A DNA stretch of 63,554 bases, the filler included. It is 3 parts of 3 records of this genome, joined end to end, with 100 filler letters (N's around TTAATTAATTAA, not from the genome) between each part and the next. Parts side by side here need not be neighbours in the genome. Positions count along the whole stretch, not along the records: positions 1 to 31,712 come from SRR22947725_5528; 2 more parts are not named here. One strand, given 5' to 3'. Made by a program: the position numbers and the translations under genes. Under the pieces are notes generated by a model that did no database searches, was not told the DNA's origin, and saw only the letters and a program-made list of their open reading frames with translations. Positions 1-10,514 of this stretch are shown one piece after another (position 1 is the stretch's first letter; each line of letters starts with the position of its first letter).

Positions 1-191
1 CCGGGGAGCCCCAAACACAGCGGAGTGATGCAGGTGTTGGGTTCGATTGCTGCCTCGTCCATCGCCGCCGGATTGGGGGCATTGGAGAACATTTTTGTCT
101 GAGTTGAGAGCTCCACGTGAACTTCGAACCCGATGACGGGTTCGAAGAGCTCGAGTGCTGCGTCAAAATCCATCAGCGCTTCGCTAGCCAT
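1..191 (-). CDS. gatB: Asp-tRNA(Asn)/Glu-tRNA(Gln) amidotransferase subunit B, N-terminal part (runs off the window)
   Basis: Not in the ORF track. Translated by hand from ATG 191: MASEALMDFDAALELFEPVIGFEVHVELSTQTKMFS...CLGLP, carrying the GxEvHvEL GatB motif; directly downstream of gatA. Confidence 0.95.
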   Translation of the reverse strand, partial: MASEALMDFDAALELFEPVIGFEVHVELSTQTKMFSNAPNPAAMDEAAIEPNTCITPLCLGLP

Positions 192-194
192 GGT

Positions 195-1700
195 CTAGAT
201 CACCTCCGGGACACGCTCGGACACGAGATGCCCATCACGTTCTTCAAAAAGCCGTTCACACACGGCACCCACTTCATAAAGCCTGGCGTCCTGATAGCCC
301 GGAGCCATCAGTTGAAGGCCCACAGGCAGGCCGTCCTCGGGGCTCAGCCCCATGGGAATAGACATTCCAGGAATTCCCGCGAGGTTCGCGGGAATCGTGG
401 TGACATCCCCCGCCCACATCGCCAAGGGATCCTCCATTTTTTCCCCCAAAGGAAACGCGGTCGTAGGAGTGGAGGGGGAAAGCAACACATCCACTTTCTC
501 GAAAGATTGGGCGAAGTCGCGTTGAATGAGGGTGCGGATCTTTTGGGCCGACCCGTAATAGGCGTCGTAATAACCCGCAGAGAGCGCATAGGTGCCAAGA
601 ATGATCCGGCGCTTCACTTCATCTCCAAAACCGGCATCCCTGGTGGCAGACATGACGTCCTCCACCGTGGGGGTTCCCTCCGGGGTGACCCGCATTCCAA
701 ATCGAACCGAATCAAACTTTGCCAGGTTGCTGGAGGCCTCGGCGGGAAGAATCAAGTAATAGGCCGCCACCGCGTATTCGCAGTGCGGAACGCTCACTTC
801 TACCACCTCAGCACCCTGAGCAGAAAGAAGCTCAAGAGCCTCGTCAAATCGTTGCCGCACGCCCGGTGCGATTCCCTCGCCGAGCAGCTCTTTCACCACA
901 CCCACTCGAACACCGGCAAGACTTTCCGCGCGGGAGCCCTTGAGTGCGGCCTCGGTCATGCTGGTCCAGGGGGTGGGGATGCTGGTCGAGTCGTGAGGGT
1001 CGTGGCCCGCGATGACATCGTGCACCATGGCAGAGTCCATCACGGTCCGAGAGACCGGGCCCACCTGGTCCAGGGAGGATGCCAACGCAATCACGCCATA
1101 GCGGCTGACACCGCCATAGGTGGGTTTTACGCCCACGGTCCCGGTGAAGGAGGCAGGCTGGCGGATGGAACCACCGGTGTCGCTTCCAATGGCCACCGGA
1201 GCTTGCTTGGCCGCTACCGCGGCCGCAGAGCCACCGCCAGAACCACCGGGCGCGCGCGTGAGGTCCCAGGGGTTGTGGGTCGGGTGATAACCCGAACGCT
1301 CCGTGGAAGAGCCCATCGCAAACTCGTCCATATTTGTTTTTCCCAGCGCCACCATGCCTGCTGTTAGGAGCTTCGACACAACGGTGGCGTCATAGGGGGG
1401 AACCCAGCCTTCAAGAATCCGAGACCCCGCGGTGGTCACCATGTCGCTCGTGCACAACACATCTTTAATGGCAATGGGGATTCCTGCCAGAGGGGACAGT
1501 TTCTCCCCGGCAGCGCGACGGTCATCACTGTCACGGGCAGCTTCCAGCGCGTTGCTCGAGCGGGCGAGAAAGGCCCCGATGTGGCTCTCGGTTGCCTCGA
1601 TTCGGTCCAAGTGAGCTTGCGTAAGCTCAACACTGGATACGGTCCCTTCCGCCAACGCGAGCGAAGCATCTGCCGCGCGCATCGAAATCAGTTCGCTCAC
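195..1700 (-). CDS. gatA: Amidotransferase subunit A
   Basis: Amidase signature [49 protein letters not shown]; sits between gatC and gatB. Confidence 0.97.
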   Translation of the reverse strand: MSELISMRAADASLALAEGTVSSVELTQAHLDRIEATESHIGAFLARSSNALEAARDSDDRRAAGEKLSPLAGIPIAIKDVLCTSDMVTTAGSRILEGWVPPYDATVVSKLLTAGMVALGKTNMDEFAMGSSTERSGYHPTHNPWDLTRAPGGSGGGSAAAVAAKQAPVAIGSDTGGSIRQPASFTGTVGVKPTYGGVSRYGVIALASSLDQVGPVSRTVMDSAMVHDVIAGHDPHDSTSIPTPWTSMTEAALKGSRAESLAGVRVGVVKELLGEGIAPGVRQRFDEALELLSAQGAEVVEVSVPHCEYAVAAYYLILPAEASSNLAKFDSVRFGMRVTPEGTPTVEDVMSATRDAGFGDEVKRRIILGTYALSAGYYDAYYGSAQKIRTLIQRDFAQSFEKVDVLLSPSTPTTAFPLGEKMEDPLAMWAGDVTTIPANLAGIPGMSIPMGLSPEDGLPVGLQLMAPGYQDARLYEVGAVCERLFEERDGHLVSERVPEVI

Positions 1701-1996
1701 TGCTCTTCTCCCAAGATGGCGCTGACTCGAAAGCGTGACCCATCATGGTCGGGGGCGCCAGCCAGAGCTTCCGCTGTGCTCAAGGTGTCGCCAACCGCAT
1801 CTTCACGGAACACATTCCCCAGCGGAATAGGGTGAGAAGTCGGAGGAACATCGTCACCGGCAACCTTTTGCACCGCTTCCACGGCACTGACGATGGCACC
1901 TAGTTCCCCGCTCAAGCGCGTAATTTCATCCTCGCTGAGGGCAATCCGAGCAAGCGAAGCAAGATGGCGTATCGCCTCGGGGGTCATTTCCGACAT
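1697..1996 (-). CDS. gatC: Amidotransferase subunit C
   Basis: Start moved to ATG 1996 (AAGGAG upstream): [20 protein letters not shown]...PTSHP...FRVSAILGE; overlaps the gatA start. Confidence 0.93.
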   Translation of the reverse strand: MSEMTPEAIRHLASLARIALSEDEITRLSGELGAIVSAVEAVQKVAGDDVPPTSHPIPLGNVFREDAVGDTLSTAEALAGAPDHDGSRFRVSAILGEEQ

Positions 1997-2021
1997 GAAT
2001 CTCCTTGGGTGGACCCCCAGT

Positions 2022-4247
<2,226 letters not shown>

Positions 4248-4280
4248 TTAGGCGAGAGAGCACCAAGACGGGAGGGAGTT

Positions 4281-4883
4281 CTAGATAGCTAAGTCTTGGG
4301 CGATACCTGTCCGAAGCTCCCTGGGTAGGTGCCCCACATCGTTGTGAGAAATCAACACTGGCGGCTTGGCGCTGCGGATCCGAATGATGGTCAATCCTGC
4401 GTTCGCCTGGTTGAGACCAATCCACCGCCACGATTCAGCGCCGAGGGCTTCTCTGATGAACCATGCGATCACAAAGTTGTGGGTGATCAATAGCTCGTGC
4501 CGATCCTCGGGGGATCGAGCGAACCACTCGGCAACAGCATCCGCCATTTGGGCTTCGCCAGCGGCGAGTTCTTCCTCGCTCACCCCGCCAAAGAAGCCTT
4601 CAAAAGCAGCGGGCATGTCCGGGGTGGGCGGCGATGGCACGCAGTCCATCAACAGTGCGCTGGGGAGCGCAGGGGCCATGCCTAGCCGGCTGGTCACAAC
4701 TTCGGATGTTTCCACCGCGCGCTGCAGCGGCGAGGTGTAGGCGGCATCGAAGGCAACGCCTTGGAGGCGTCCTGCTATCAACAGTGCTTGCTCACGGCCC
4801 CTTTCACTCAGAGGACCGTCGGGAAGACCAAATTCAGCATCCACTTGTTCACCGTGGCGCACGAGGTAAAGATAACGAGACAT
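4281..4883 (-). CDS. Histidine phosphatase / phosphoglycerate mutase family protein
   Basis: LVRHGE, SPLQRA and ITHN motifs. Confidence 0.88.
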   Translation of the reverse strand: MSRYLYLVRHGEQVDAEFGLPDGPLSERGREQALLIAGRLQGVAFDAAYTSPLQRAVETSEVVTSRLGMAPALPSALLMDCVPSPPTPDMPAAFEGFFGGVSEEELAAGEAQMADAVAEWFARSPEDRHELLITHNFVIAWFIREALGAESWRWIGLNQANAGLTIIRIRSAKPPVLISHNDVGHLPRELRTGIAQDLAI

Positions 4884-4909
4884 AGGGCCTTTCAGGGCAA
4901 AAGTTAAGA

Positions 4910-6274
4910 CTAGCCGCCAGCGGTGACGCGGGGGTCATGAGCGAGGCTTTCGGCTACGCCCTCCGCCACCGCCCCCACCACGACAGCGGAAAGAGGTTCT
5001 TGAGCGAGTTCTTGGGCCATGGTTTGCACAGACCCACGGTCTACTTCGGAAAGCCTGGCGAGCCCTTCGTCACGGTCGAGAAATTCACCGGTGGTGAGTT
5101 CCGCGCGACCCAACCGAATCATCCGTGCGTCACTGTTTTCCAGCGCCAGGGCAGAGCCTCCGGCGACGTTTCCTTTGGTCCGGGATAGCTCCTCTGCGGT
5201 GATGCCCGATTCAGCAAGTGTGAGCAGCTCCTGCTTCATAACCTGGGCCACCTCGGTGGCGCTTCCTGGCGAGGTCCCCGCAGCCATGCCAAACAGCCCA
5301 GCATCGGCATAGCTAGATCCGAAGGCATAGACCGAATAGGCGAGACCTCGCTTTTCGCGAATCTCCTGAAACAACCGTGAGGACATCCCGCCCCCGAGAA
5401 TTTGTGACATCACGCCAAAGGCATGGCGCCTTTCATCACTGGCCCGTAGACCCGGTGTTGCGAGCGCCACAACCGCCTGCTCGAGTGGGCGCGTGACCGT
5501 GAGGCCGGTGGCTACTGAGGCAAGTGTGGCCGGTTCTTTTGAGCGTCTGGCCGCGGGAGCAGCGTTCTTGGACAAATTCCAACCGGAGGCTTCCAATCCA
5601 GCCAGCACACGGGCCACAACCTGGGCGTGTTTCAGCCCGCCAGCCGCCGTGACAACAAGCTCGTGCGGTTGGTAATAGCGCTGATAGTGGGCCGACACGG
5701 ATTCCCGGGTGGCAGCTTTGATAGTCGCTGGGTTTCCCCCAATGGGACGACCTAACACATGGTCACCCAAGACGGTTTCCATGATGCGTTCGTGAGCGAC
5801 ATCGCTGGGGTCGTCATCGGCCATCGCTAGCTCTTCCAGAATGACTGTTCTCTCGATATCAAACTCGGTTGCGTCCAAAACAGAATCCGCAACCATGTCC
5901 GCCAACACATCAATGGCCATACCCAGGTCATGATCTTGCACCTTGGCGTAGTAGCAGGTGTGCTCTTTGGCGGTCATCGCATTGTGCTCGCCACCAACCT
6001 CATCAAAGGCGATGGCAATATCAAGCGCCGTGCGCTTCGAGGTGCCTTTGAAGAGCAGGTGCTCTAAGAAGTGGGTCGAACCGTAGGCGACCTGGTCTTC
6101 ATCTCTGGAGCCAACAGCAATCCAGAAACCGATGGAGGCCGAGAGAGCGCCGGGTACTTCTTCGGTAAGGATGCGAACACCACTGGGGTGAACCGTTCTC
6201 GAAACCAGAGCGTCTCCGCTGGCGGTGAATTCTAATTCGGGTGTGGTGAGGTCAAACTCGATAGCTGGTGACAT
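4910..6274 (-). CDS. M16 family zinc peptidase
   Basis: Inverted zinc motif HFLEH; GGGMSSRLFQEIREKRGLAY. Confidence 0.93.
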   Translation of the reverse strand: MSPAIEFDLTTPELEFTASGDALVSRTVHPSGVRILTEEVPGALSASIGFWIAVGSRDEDQVAYGSTHFLEHLLFKGTSKRTALDIAIAFDEVGGEHNAMTAKEHTCYYAKVQDHDLGMAIDVLADMVADSVLDATEFDIERTVILEELAMADDDPSDVAHERIMETVLGDHVLGRPIGGNPATIKAATRESVSAHYQRYYQPHELVVTAAGGLKHAQVVARVLAGLEASGWNLSKNAAPAARRSKEPATLASVATGLTVTRPLEQAVVALATPGLRASDERRHAFGVMSQILGGGMSSRLFQEIREKRGLAYSVYAFGSSYADAGLFGMAAGTSPGSATEVAQVMKQELLTLAESGITAEELSRTKGNVAGGSALALENSDARMIRLGRAELTTGEFLDRDEGLARLSEVDRGSVQTMAQELAQEPLSAVVVGAVAEGVAESLAHDPRVTAGG

Positions 6275-6307
6275 GGCGCCCTAACCTTAGCGCTTCCACC
6301 TTGCGGG

Positions 6308-6347
6308 AAAAGGCAGAAGGCCCAGAGCGCATGCTCTGGGCCTTCTG
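6308..6347 (-). terminator. Intrinsic terminator of the rhodopsin gene
   Basis: Perfect 15-bp stem CAGAAGGCCCAGAGC / GCTCTGGGCCTTCTG (6314-6347) with a 4-nt loop, followed by CCTTTT on the minus strand, 17 nt after the stop codon. Confidence 0.85.
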
Positions 6348-6364
6348 GGTTTGGTAAGGAAGGA

Positions 6365-7075
6365 CTATGCCTTGCGTGCTGCCGAAACAGCGACCATACC
6401 GAAACCAACCTTGTTGAGTACGTCGGCAATGACGTACACAATGGCGGCGATTGCAACAGCGTTGCCCACGTCAGCTCCGCTGAGCTTCATGAACTCTTCA
6501 GTTGCTGTACCGATGGGGTAAATAGCCCATCCGAGCATCACGAAGCGTCGCATGATACGCACTGCGCTGGCTGCGTAGTCGGGCATGCCATCGAGCTTGA
6601 TCTGGAACACTGCCCAGACGATGTAGACCCAGGCCGCGCTGGAGATGAGGAAGAAGATCCACGCGGCGGCGGTTCCTTCCGTAGCAACCTCACCGAGGTA
6701 ACCGGTGGCGATCATGATGATGTCCGCAATAACAATGCGGCGCACGAAGCCCTTGCTAGCAGCACCAGCAATTGCGACAATCAGACCGAACTCCACCAAG
6801 AGCAGTGGGGTGGTAAGCAACCAGTCGATGTACCGGAATGGCATAGTTGCGCCGATGGCATCCGAGCTGGCTGCAGTGCGGTCAAAGAAGCCGACAACAT
6901 CGGTCATGACCCAGTACATGATTGCTGCGATGAAGGTAATGATTCCTGCATACGTAGCGGCAATACGGTGCTCGGGCTTCAGGTCGCCTCGCTCAAGAAC
7001 GAAGTAGACCGTACCTGCCGCCATGGCGACAAATCCGAGCATAAAGAAAGCCTGCGTAATAACAAGCAGATCCAT
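6365..7075 (-). CDS. Type-1 microbial rhodopsin with DTE motif (predicted outward proton pump), 236 aa
   Basis: Seven hydrophobic segments; helix C RYIDWLLTTPLLLVEF, helix F GWAIYP, helix G DVLNKVGFG with the retinal-binding Lys. Start placed at ATG 7075, after AGGGAG. Confidence 0.96.
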   Translation of the reverse strand: MDLLVITQAFFMLGFVAMAAGTVYFVLERGDLKPEHRIAATYAGIITFIAAIMYWVMTDVVGFFDRTAASSDAIGATMPFRYIDWLLTTPLLLVEFGLIVAIAGAASKGFVRRIVIADIIMIATGYLGEVATEGTAAAWIFFLISSAAWVYIVWAVFQIKLDGMPDYAASAVRIMRRFVMLGWAIYPIGTATEEFMKLSGADVGNAVAIAAIVYVIADVLNKVGFGMVAVSAARKA

Positions 7076-7187
7076 GATTCTCCCTAACATGTTTCTCAAA
7101 CCCACTCGAGGGGCTAAATGCTCGACGAGTGGCCGGAGAGATTTCTCCTAACCAGATCCCACCCAAGGGCTTTCTCTGGCATGGCTT

Positions 7188-7216
7188 AGGTTACTCCGAG
7201 ATAAGAGTTTTTGCCA
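7188..7216 (-). promoter_or_regulatory. Candidate sigma-70-type promoter of the rhodopsin gene
   Basis: TAACCT (-10, 7193-7188) with TGGCAA 17 nt upstream (7216-7211). Motif match only. Confidence 0.45.
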
Positions 7217-7232
7217 CATCCACACCCCACCA

Positions 7233-7265
7233 TGTCTGAATGCATTCTGAATAGCGATTGAACAG
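7233..7265. repeat. Three phased 11-bp direct repeats upstream of the rhodopsin promoter
   Basis: TGTCTGAATGC ATTCTGAATAG CGATTGAACAG; TGAA starts at 7237, 7248 and 7259. Confidence 0.5.
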
Positions 7266-7373
7266 ATCACTGTCCCTGGTCGCTTCCGGGTAAACTCAAG
7301 CCCGATGGATTGCTAAAAAAATCATTTTGACCACACAGTACGCCGACCCCACAGTGAGAACTCATCCGTAACG

Positions 7374-7416
7374 CACGAACGGCCCAGCCGCCAAAAAGGC
7401 AACCGGACCGTTCGTG
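7374..7416 (-). terminator. 3' hairpin / terminator of pnp
   Basis: 19-bp stem that pairs fully only on the minus strand using G-U pairs (CACGAACGGUCCGGUUGCC / GGCGGCUGGGCCGUUCGUG), 8 nt after the pnp stop; poor U-tract. Confidence 0.75.
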
Positions 7417-7424
7417 TGGAGGTT

Positions 7425-9659
7425 CTACTCTGCTGCCGCTTCGCCTTCTTCAGCAACGACGGGGCTCAACGAGAGCTTTCCGCGGTCATCAATCTTGGAG
7501 ATTTCGACCAAGACTTTCTGTCCCACAGAGAGCACATCTTCGACATCGTCCACTCGCTTGCCACCGGCAAGCTTGCGAACTTCGGAGATGTGCAGCAGTC
7601 CATCTTTACCCGGCACCAAGGAGATGAACGCGCCGAAGGCTGCGATCTTGACGACCGTTCCCAGGTACTGCTCGCCCACCTCGGGGTTGACAGGGTTAGC
7701 GATCGCGTTGACGCGAGCTCGGGCTGCTTCAGCGCTGTCACCATCAACAGCTCCGATGAACACGGTGCCATCATCATCGATCGAGATTTGAGCACCGGTC
7801 TCATCCTGAATCGAGTTGATTGTTTTGCCCTTAGGCCCAATCAACTCACCGATCTTGTCGGCAGGAATCTGAACAGTGATCACGCGAGGCGCGGTTGCTG
7901 CCATCTCATCAGGCGCATCGATCGCTTCGTTCATCACACCGAGGATGTGAAGACGAGCTTCCTTGGCCTGAGTCAAGGCTCCTGCCAACACGCTGGCGGG
8001 AATGCCATCGAGCTTCGTGTCCAACTGAATCGCGGTCACAAAGTCGCTGGTACCAGCAACCTTGAAGTCCATGTCTCCCAGAGCATCTTCTGCACCCAGG
8101 ATGTCGGTCAATGCGGCATAGCGCATTTCACCGTCGACCTGATCGGAGATGAGGCCCATCGCGATACCCGCGACGGGTGCCTTAAGGGGCACACCGGCGT
8201 TGAGCAGCGACAAGGTCGAGGCACACACCGAACCCATCGAGGTGGAACCATTAGAGCTCAATGCTTCCGAGACCTGACGGATCGCGTAGGGGAAGTCTTC
8301 ACGCGAAGGCAACACCGGAACCAACGCCCGCTCCGCCAAGAAACCGTGACCAATTTCACGACGCTTGGGCGTCCCCACACGACCGGTTTCACCGGTGGAG
8401 TAGGGCGGGAAGTTGTAGTGGTGCATGTAGCGCTTGCTCGTGACGGGGTTCAGCGAATCAATCTGCTGTTCCAACTTCAACATGTTCAAGGTGGTGACGC
8501 CCATGATCTGGGTCTCGCCGCGCTGGAACAGGGCAGAACCGTGAACGCGAGGAATGATGTCGACCTCGGCGTCAATGACGCGCAAGTCTGACAATCCACG
8601 GCCATCGATACGGATACCTTCGGCCAGCACGCGGGTGCGCATGACGCGCTTGGTGACCGACTTGTAGGCAGCAGACACCATGGCGTTGGAACCCTCGGGC
8701 AAATCGCCTGAGGTGACCTTCGCCGCAATGGCTTCCTTCACGCTGGACTTCAACTCGTCATCTGCGCTCTGACGTTCCTTCTTGTCGGCGATTTGATAGA
8801 CCGCGGCGAGCTTTGTCGCTGCGAGACCATCAACAGCTGCCAACACCTCGGGGGTGTAGTCAGAGAAGACCGGGTAGTTCTCAATTTCCTTTGCCGACTG
8901 ATCAGCAAGCTTCTGCTGAGCATCGACAAGCTGCATCAAGAAAGGCCTAGCTGCTTCCAGGCCCTGGGCAACAACTTCCTCGTTGGGCTTGGTTGCGCCG
9001 CCCTGGATGAGCTCCCAGCTGACGTCGGTGGCTTCTGCTTCGACCATCATGATGGCAACATCGCGTGAACCATCGGGCATTGTCACCACGCGACCAGCAA
9101 CGACAATGTCGAAGACGGCTTCAGCCAGCTGGCTGTGCTTGGGGAAGGCAACCCACTGGTCACCAATGAGAGCCAAACGCACCGCAGCAATCGGTCCGCT
9201 AAAAGGCAGACCCGAAATCTGGGTGGACGCAGAGGCTGCATTGATAGCGAGAGCGTCATAGAACTCATCGGGTGCCATAGACAACACCGTGATGACAATC
9301 TGGACCTCATTGCGCAAACCGTCGACGAAGGACGGGCGCAATGGCCGGTCAATCAGACGGCAGACGAGAATCGCGTCGGTCGACGGGCGACCTTCACGAC
9401 GGAAGAACGAACCGGGGATTTTTCCCGCAGCATAGGAACGCTCTTCCACGTCAACGGTCAACGGGAAAAAGTCGAAACCTTCTCTGGCGTTTTTTGAAGC
9501 ACTGGTTGCTGAGAGCAACATGGTGTCTTCATCCAGGTATGCGGCGACCGCACCCTGTGCTTGCTGGGCCAAGCGGCCCGTCTCAAAGCGCACGGTGCGC
9601 TTGCCATAAGAGCCGTTATCAAGAACAGCTTCGGCGAATTTAATTTCTGGACCTTCCAT
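7425..9659 (-). CDS. pnp: Polyribonucleotide nucleotidyltransferase (PNPase)
   Basis: [32 protein letters not shown] and S1 domains; likely start at MEGPE (9659). Confidence 0.98.
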   Translation of the reverse strand: MEGPEIKFAEAVLDNGSYGKRTVRFETGRLAQQAQGAVAAYLDEDTMLLSATSASKNAREGFDFFPLTVDVEERSYAAGKIPGSFFRREGRPSTDAILVCRLIDRPLRPSFVDGLRNEVQIVITVLSMAPDEFYDALAINAASASTQISGLPFSGPIAAVRLALIGDQWVAFPKHSQLAEAVFDIVVAGRVVTMPDGSRDVAIMMVEAEATDVSWELIQGGATKPNEEVVAQGLEAARPFLMQLVDAQQKLADQSAKEIENYPVFSDYTPEVLAAVDGLAATKLAAVYQIADKKERQSADDELKSSVKEAIAAKVTSGDLPEGSNAMVSAAYKSVTKRVMRTRVLAEGIRIDGRGLSDLRVIDAEVDIIPRVHGSALFQRGETQIMGVTTLNMLKLEQQIDSLNPVTSKRYMHHYNFPPYSTGETGRVGTPKRREIGHGFLAERALVPVLPSREDFPYAIRQVSEALSSNGSTSMGSVCASTLSLLNAGVPLKAPVAGIAMGLISDQVDGEMRYAALTDILGAEDALGDMDFKVAGTSDFVTAIQLDTKLDGIPASVLAGALTQAKEARLHILGVMNEAIDAPDEMAATAPRVITVQIPADKIGELIGPKGKTINSIQDETGAQISIDDDGTVFIGAVDGDSAEAARARVNAIANPVNPEVGEQYLGTVVKIAAFGAFISLVPGKDGLLHISEVRKLAGGKRVDDVEDVLSVGQKVLVEISKIDDRGKLSLSPVVAEEGEAAAE

Positions 9660-9771
9660 TAAGGTCACTTCTCCTTTATTTCAGCAAACATCACCGGCAT
9701 GATTGCCGGTAATGGTGGCTCGCCCAAGAAGCAGGCATGAAGATATGCCACACACGAGTGAGGGACTGTGC

Positions 9772-9826
9772 CTGGCCAACAGTAGAAGTGCACTGTCTGT
9801 GACAGTAGACCACCACCGGTGACCAG
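9772..9826 (-). ncRNA. Actino-pnp-like cis-regulatory hairpin in the pnp leader
   Basis: CUGGUC-ACCGGUGGUGGUCU-ACUGUC-ACA-GACAGU-GCACUUCUACUGUU-GGCCAG forms a long irregular hairpin between rpsO and pnp, where the Actino-pnp motif is known to lie. Not confirmed by a covariance-model search. Confidence 0.7.
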
Positions 9827-9910
9827 CTCCTTACCCACCTACTCTGTGGAGAGCCGTATTTGTTTATATGCCCGCTGTGCGGACTCTCCCAGGCTACCGC
9901 CTCAACCCTT

Positions 9911-9945
9911 AAAAAGCGATACCCCCACGCCAGGTGGGGGTATCG
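9911..9945 (-). terminator. Intrinsic terminator of rpsO
   Basis: 12-bp stem CGATACCCCCAC / GTGGGGGTATCG followed by CTTTTT on the minus strand. Confidence 0.88.
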
Positions 9946-9957
9946 GCGGTTCGCAAC

Positions 9958-10227
9958 CTAGCGGCGCAAACCAAGCTTTTCGATTAGAGTCCGGTAGCGC
10001 GAGATATCGATGCTCTGCAAGTAACCCAACAGACGACGCCGCCGACCGACCATCAGCAACAGGCCACGACGCGAGTGGTGGTCGTGCTTGTGCTCCTTGA
10101 GGTGCTCAGTCAACTCGGTGATTCGGTGGGACATCAACGCAATCTGGACCTCAGGAGAACCAGTGTCACCGGGGTGGGTTGCATAGGTCTCGATGATTGT
10201 TGCTTTTGCTGCTTGGGACATAACCAT
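9958..10227 (-). CDS. rpsO: 30S ribosomal protein S15
   Basis: [27 protein letters not shown]; upstream of pnp. Confidence 0.98.
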   Translation of the reverse strand: MVMSQAAKATIIETYATHPGDTGSPEVQIALMSHRITELTEHLKEHKHDHHSRRGLLLMVGRRRRLLGYLQSIDISRYRTLIEKLGLRR

Positions 10228-10249
10228 GTCAGCTCTCCTTTTGTCTCGC

Positions 10250-10308
10250 TGCGCGGCGCCACACCGAAATTGGTGGGGCTCTCTTGATCCGCGGCCGTTT
10301 CACGGCAC
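10250..10308 (-). promoter_or_regulatory. Structured rpsO leader (candidate S15-binding autoregulatory RNA)
   Basis: After a TAGAGT -10 box: hairpin GCCGU-GAA-ACGGC, then a CGCGG...CCGCG helix ahead of the AAGGAG site. S15 leaders are established in Actinobacteria. Confidence 0.6.
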
Positions 10309-10514
10309 AAGTGAAGACTCTAGCACCCCAAGTGGAGGAGCGTCCTCGGAGTCTGTTGCCCCACCAAAGGGCTCAGAACCGTTACCAAGGTGTGACCATC
10401 GAAACTCTTGCTAGTGACGTGAGCCTTTGGAACACTGGACACTAGTTACTCGCCGCTCAGAAGCGCCGGAGGCAATAGCCCCGCCACTGGGCGGCGAGGT
10501 TCTTAACCGGCCTG

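Noticed and set aside
6365-7075. Calling the rhodopsin an actinorhodopsin/xanthorhodopsin, heliorhodopsin, or Na+/Cl- pump
   Set aside because: The helix C motif is DTE, not NDQ or NTQ; helix G has DxxxK, not the SxxxK of heliorhodopsins; the antenna Gly and helix-B His of the xanthorhodopsin group are absent.
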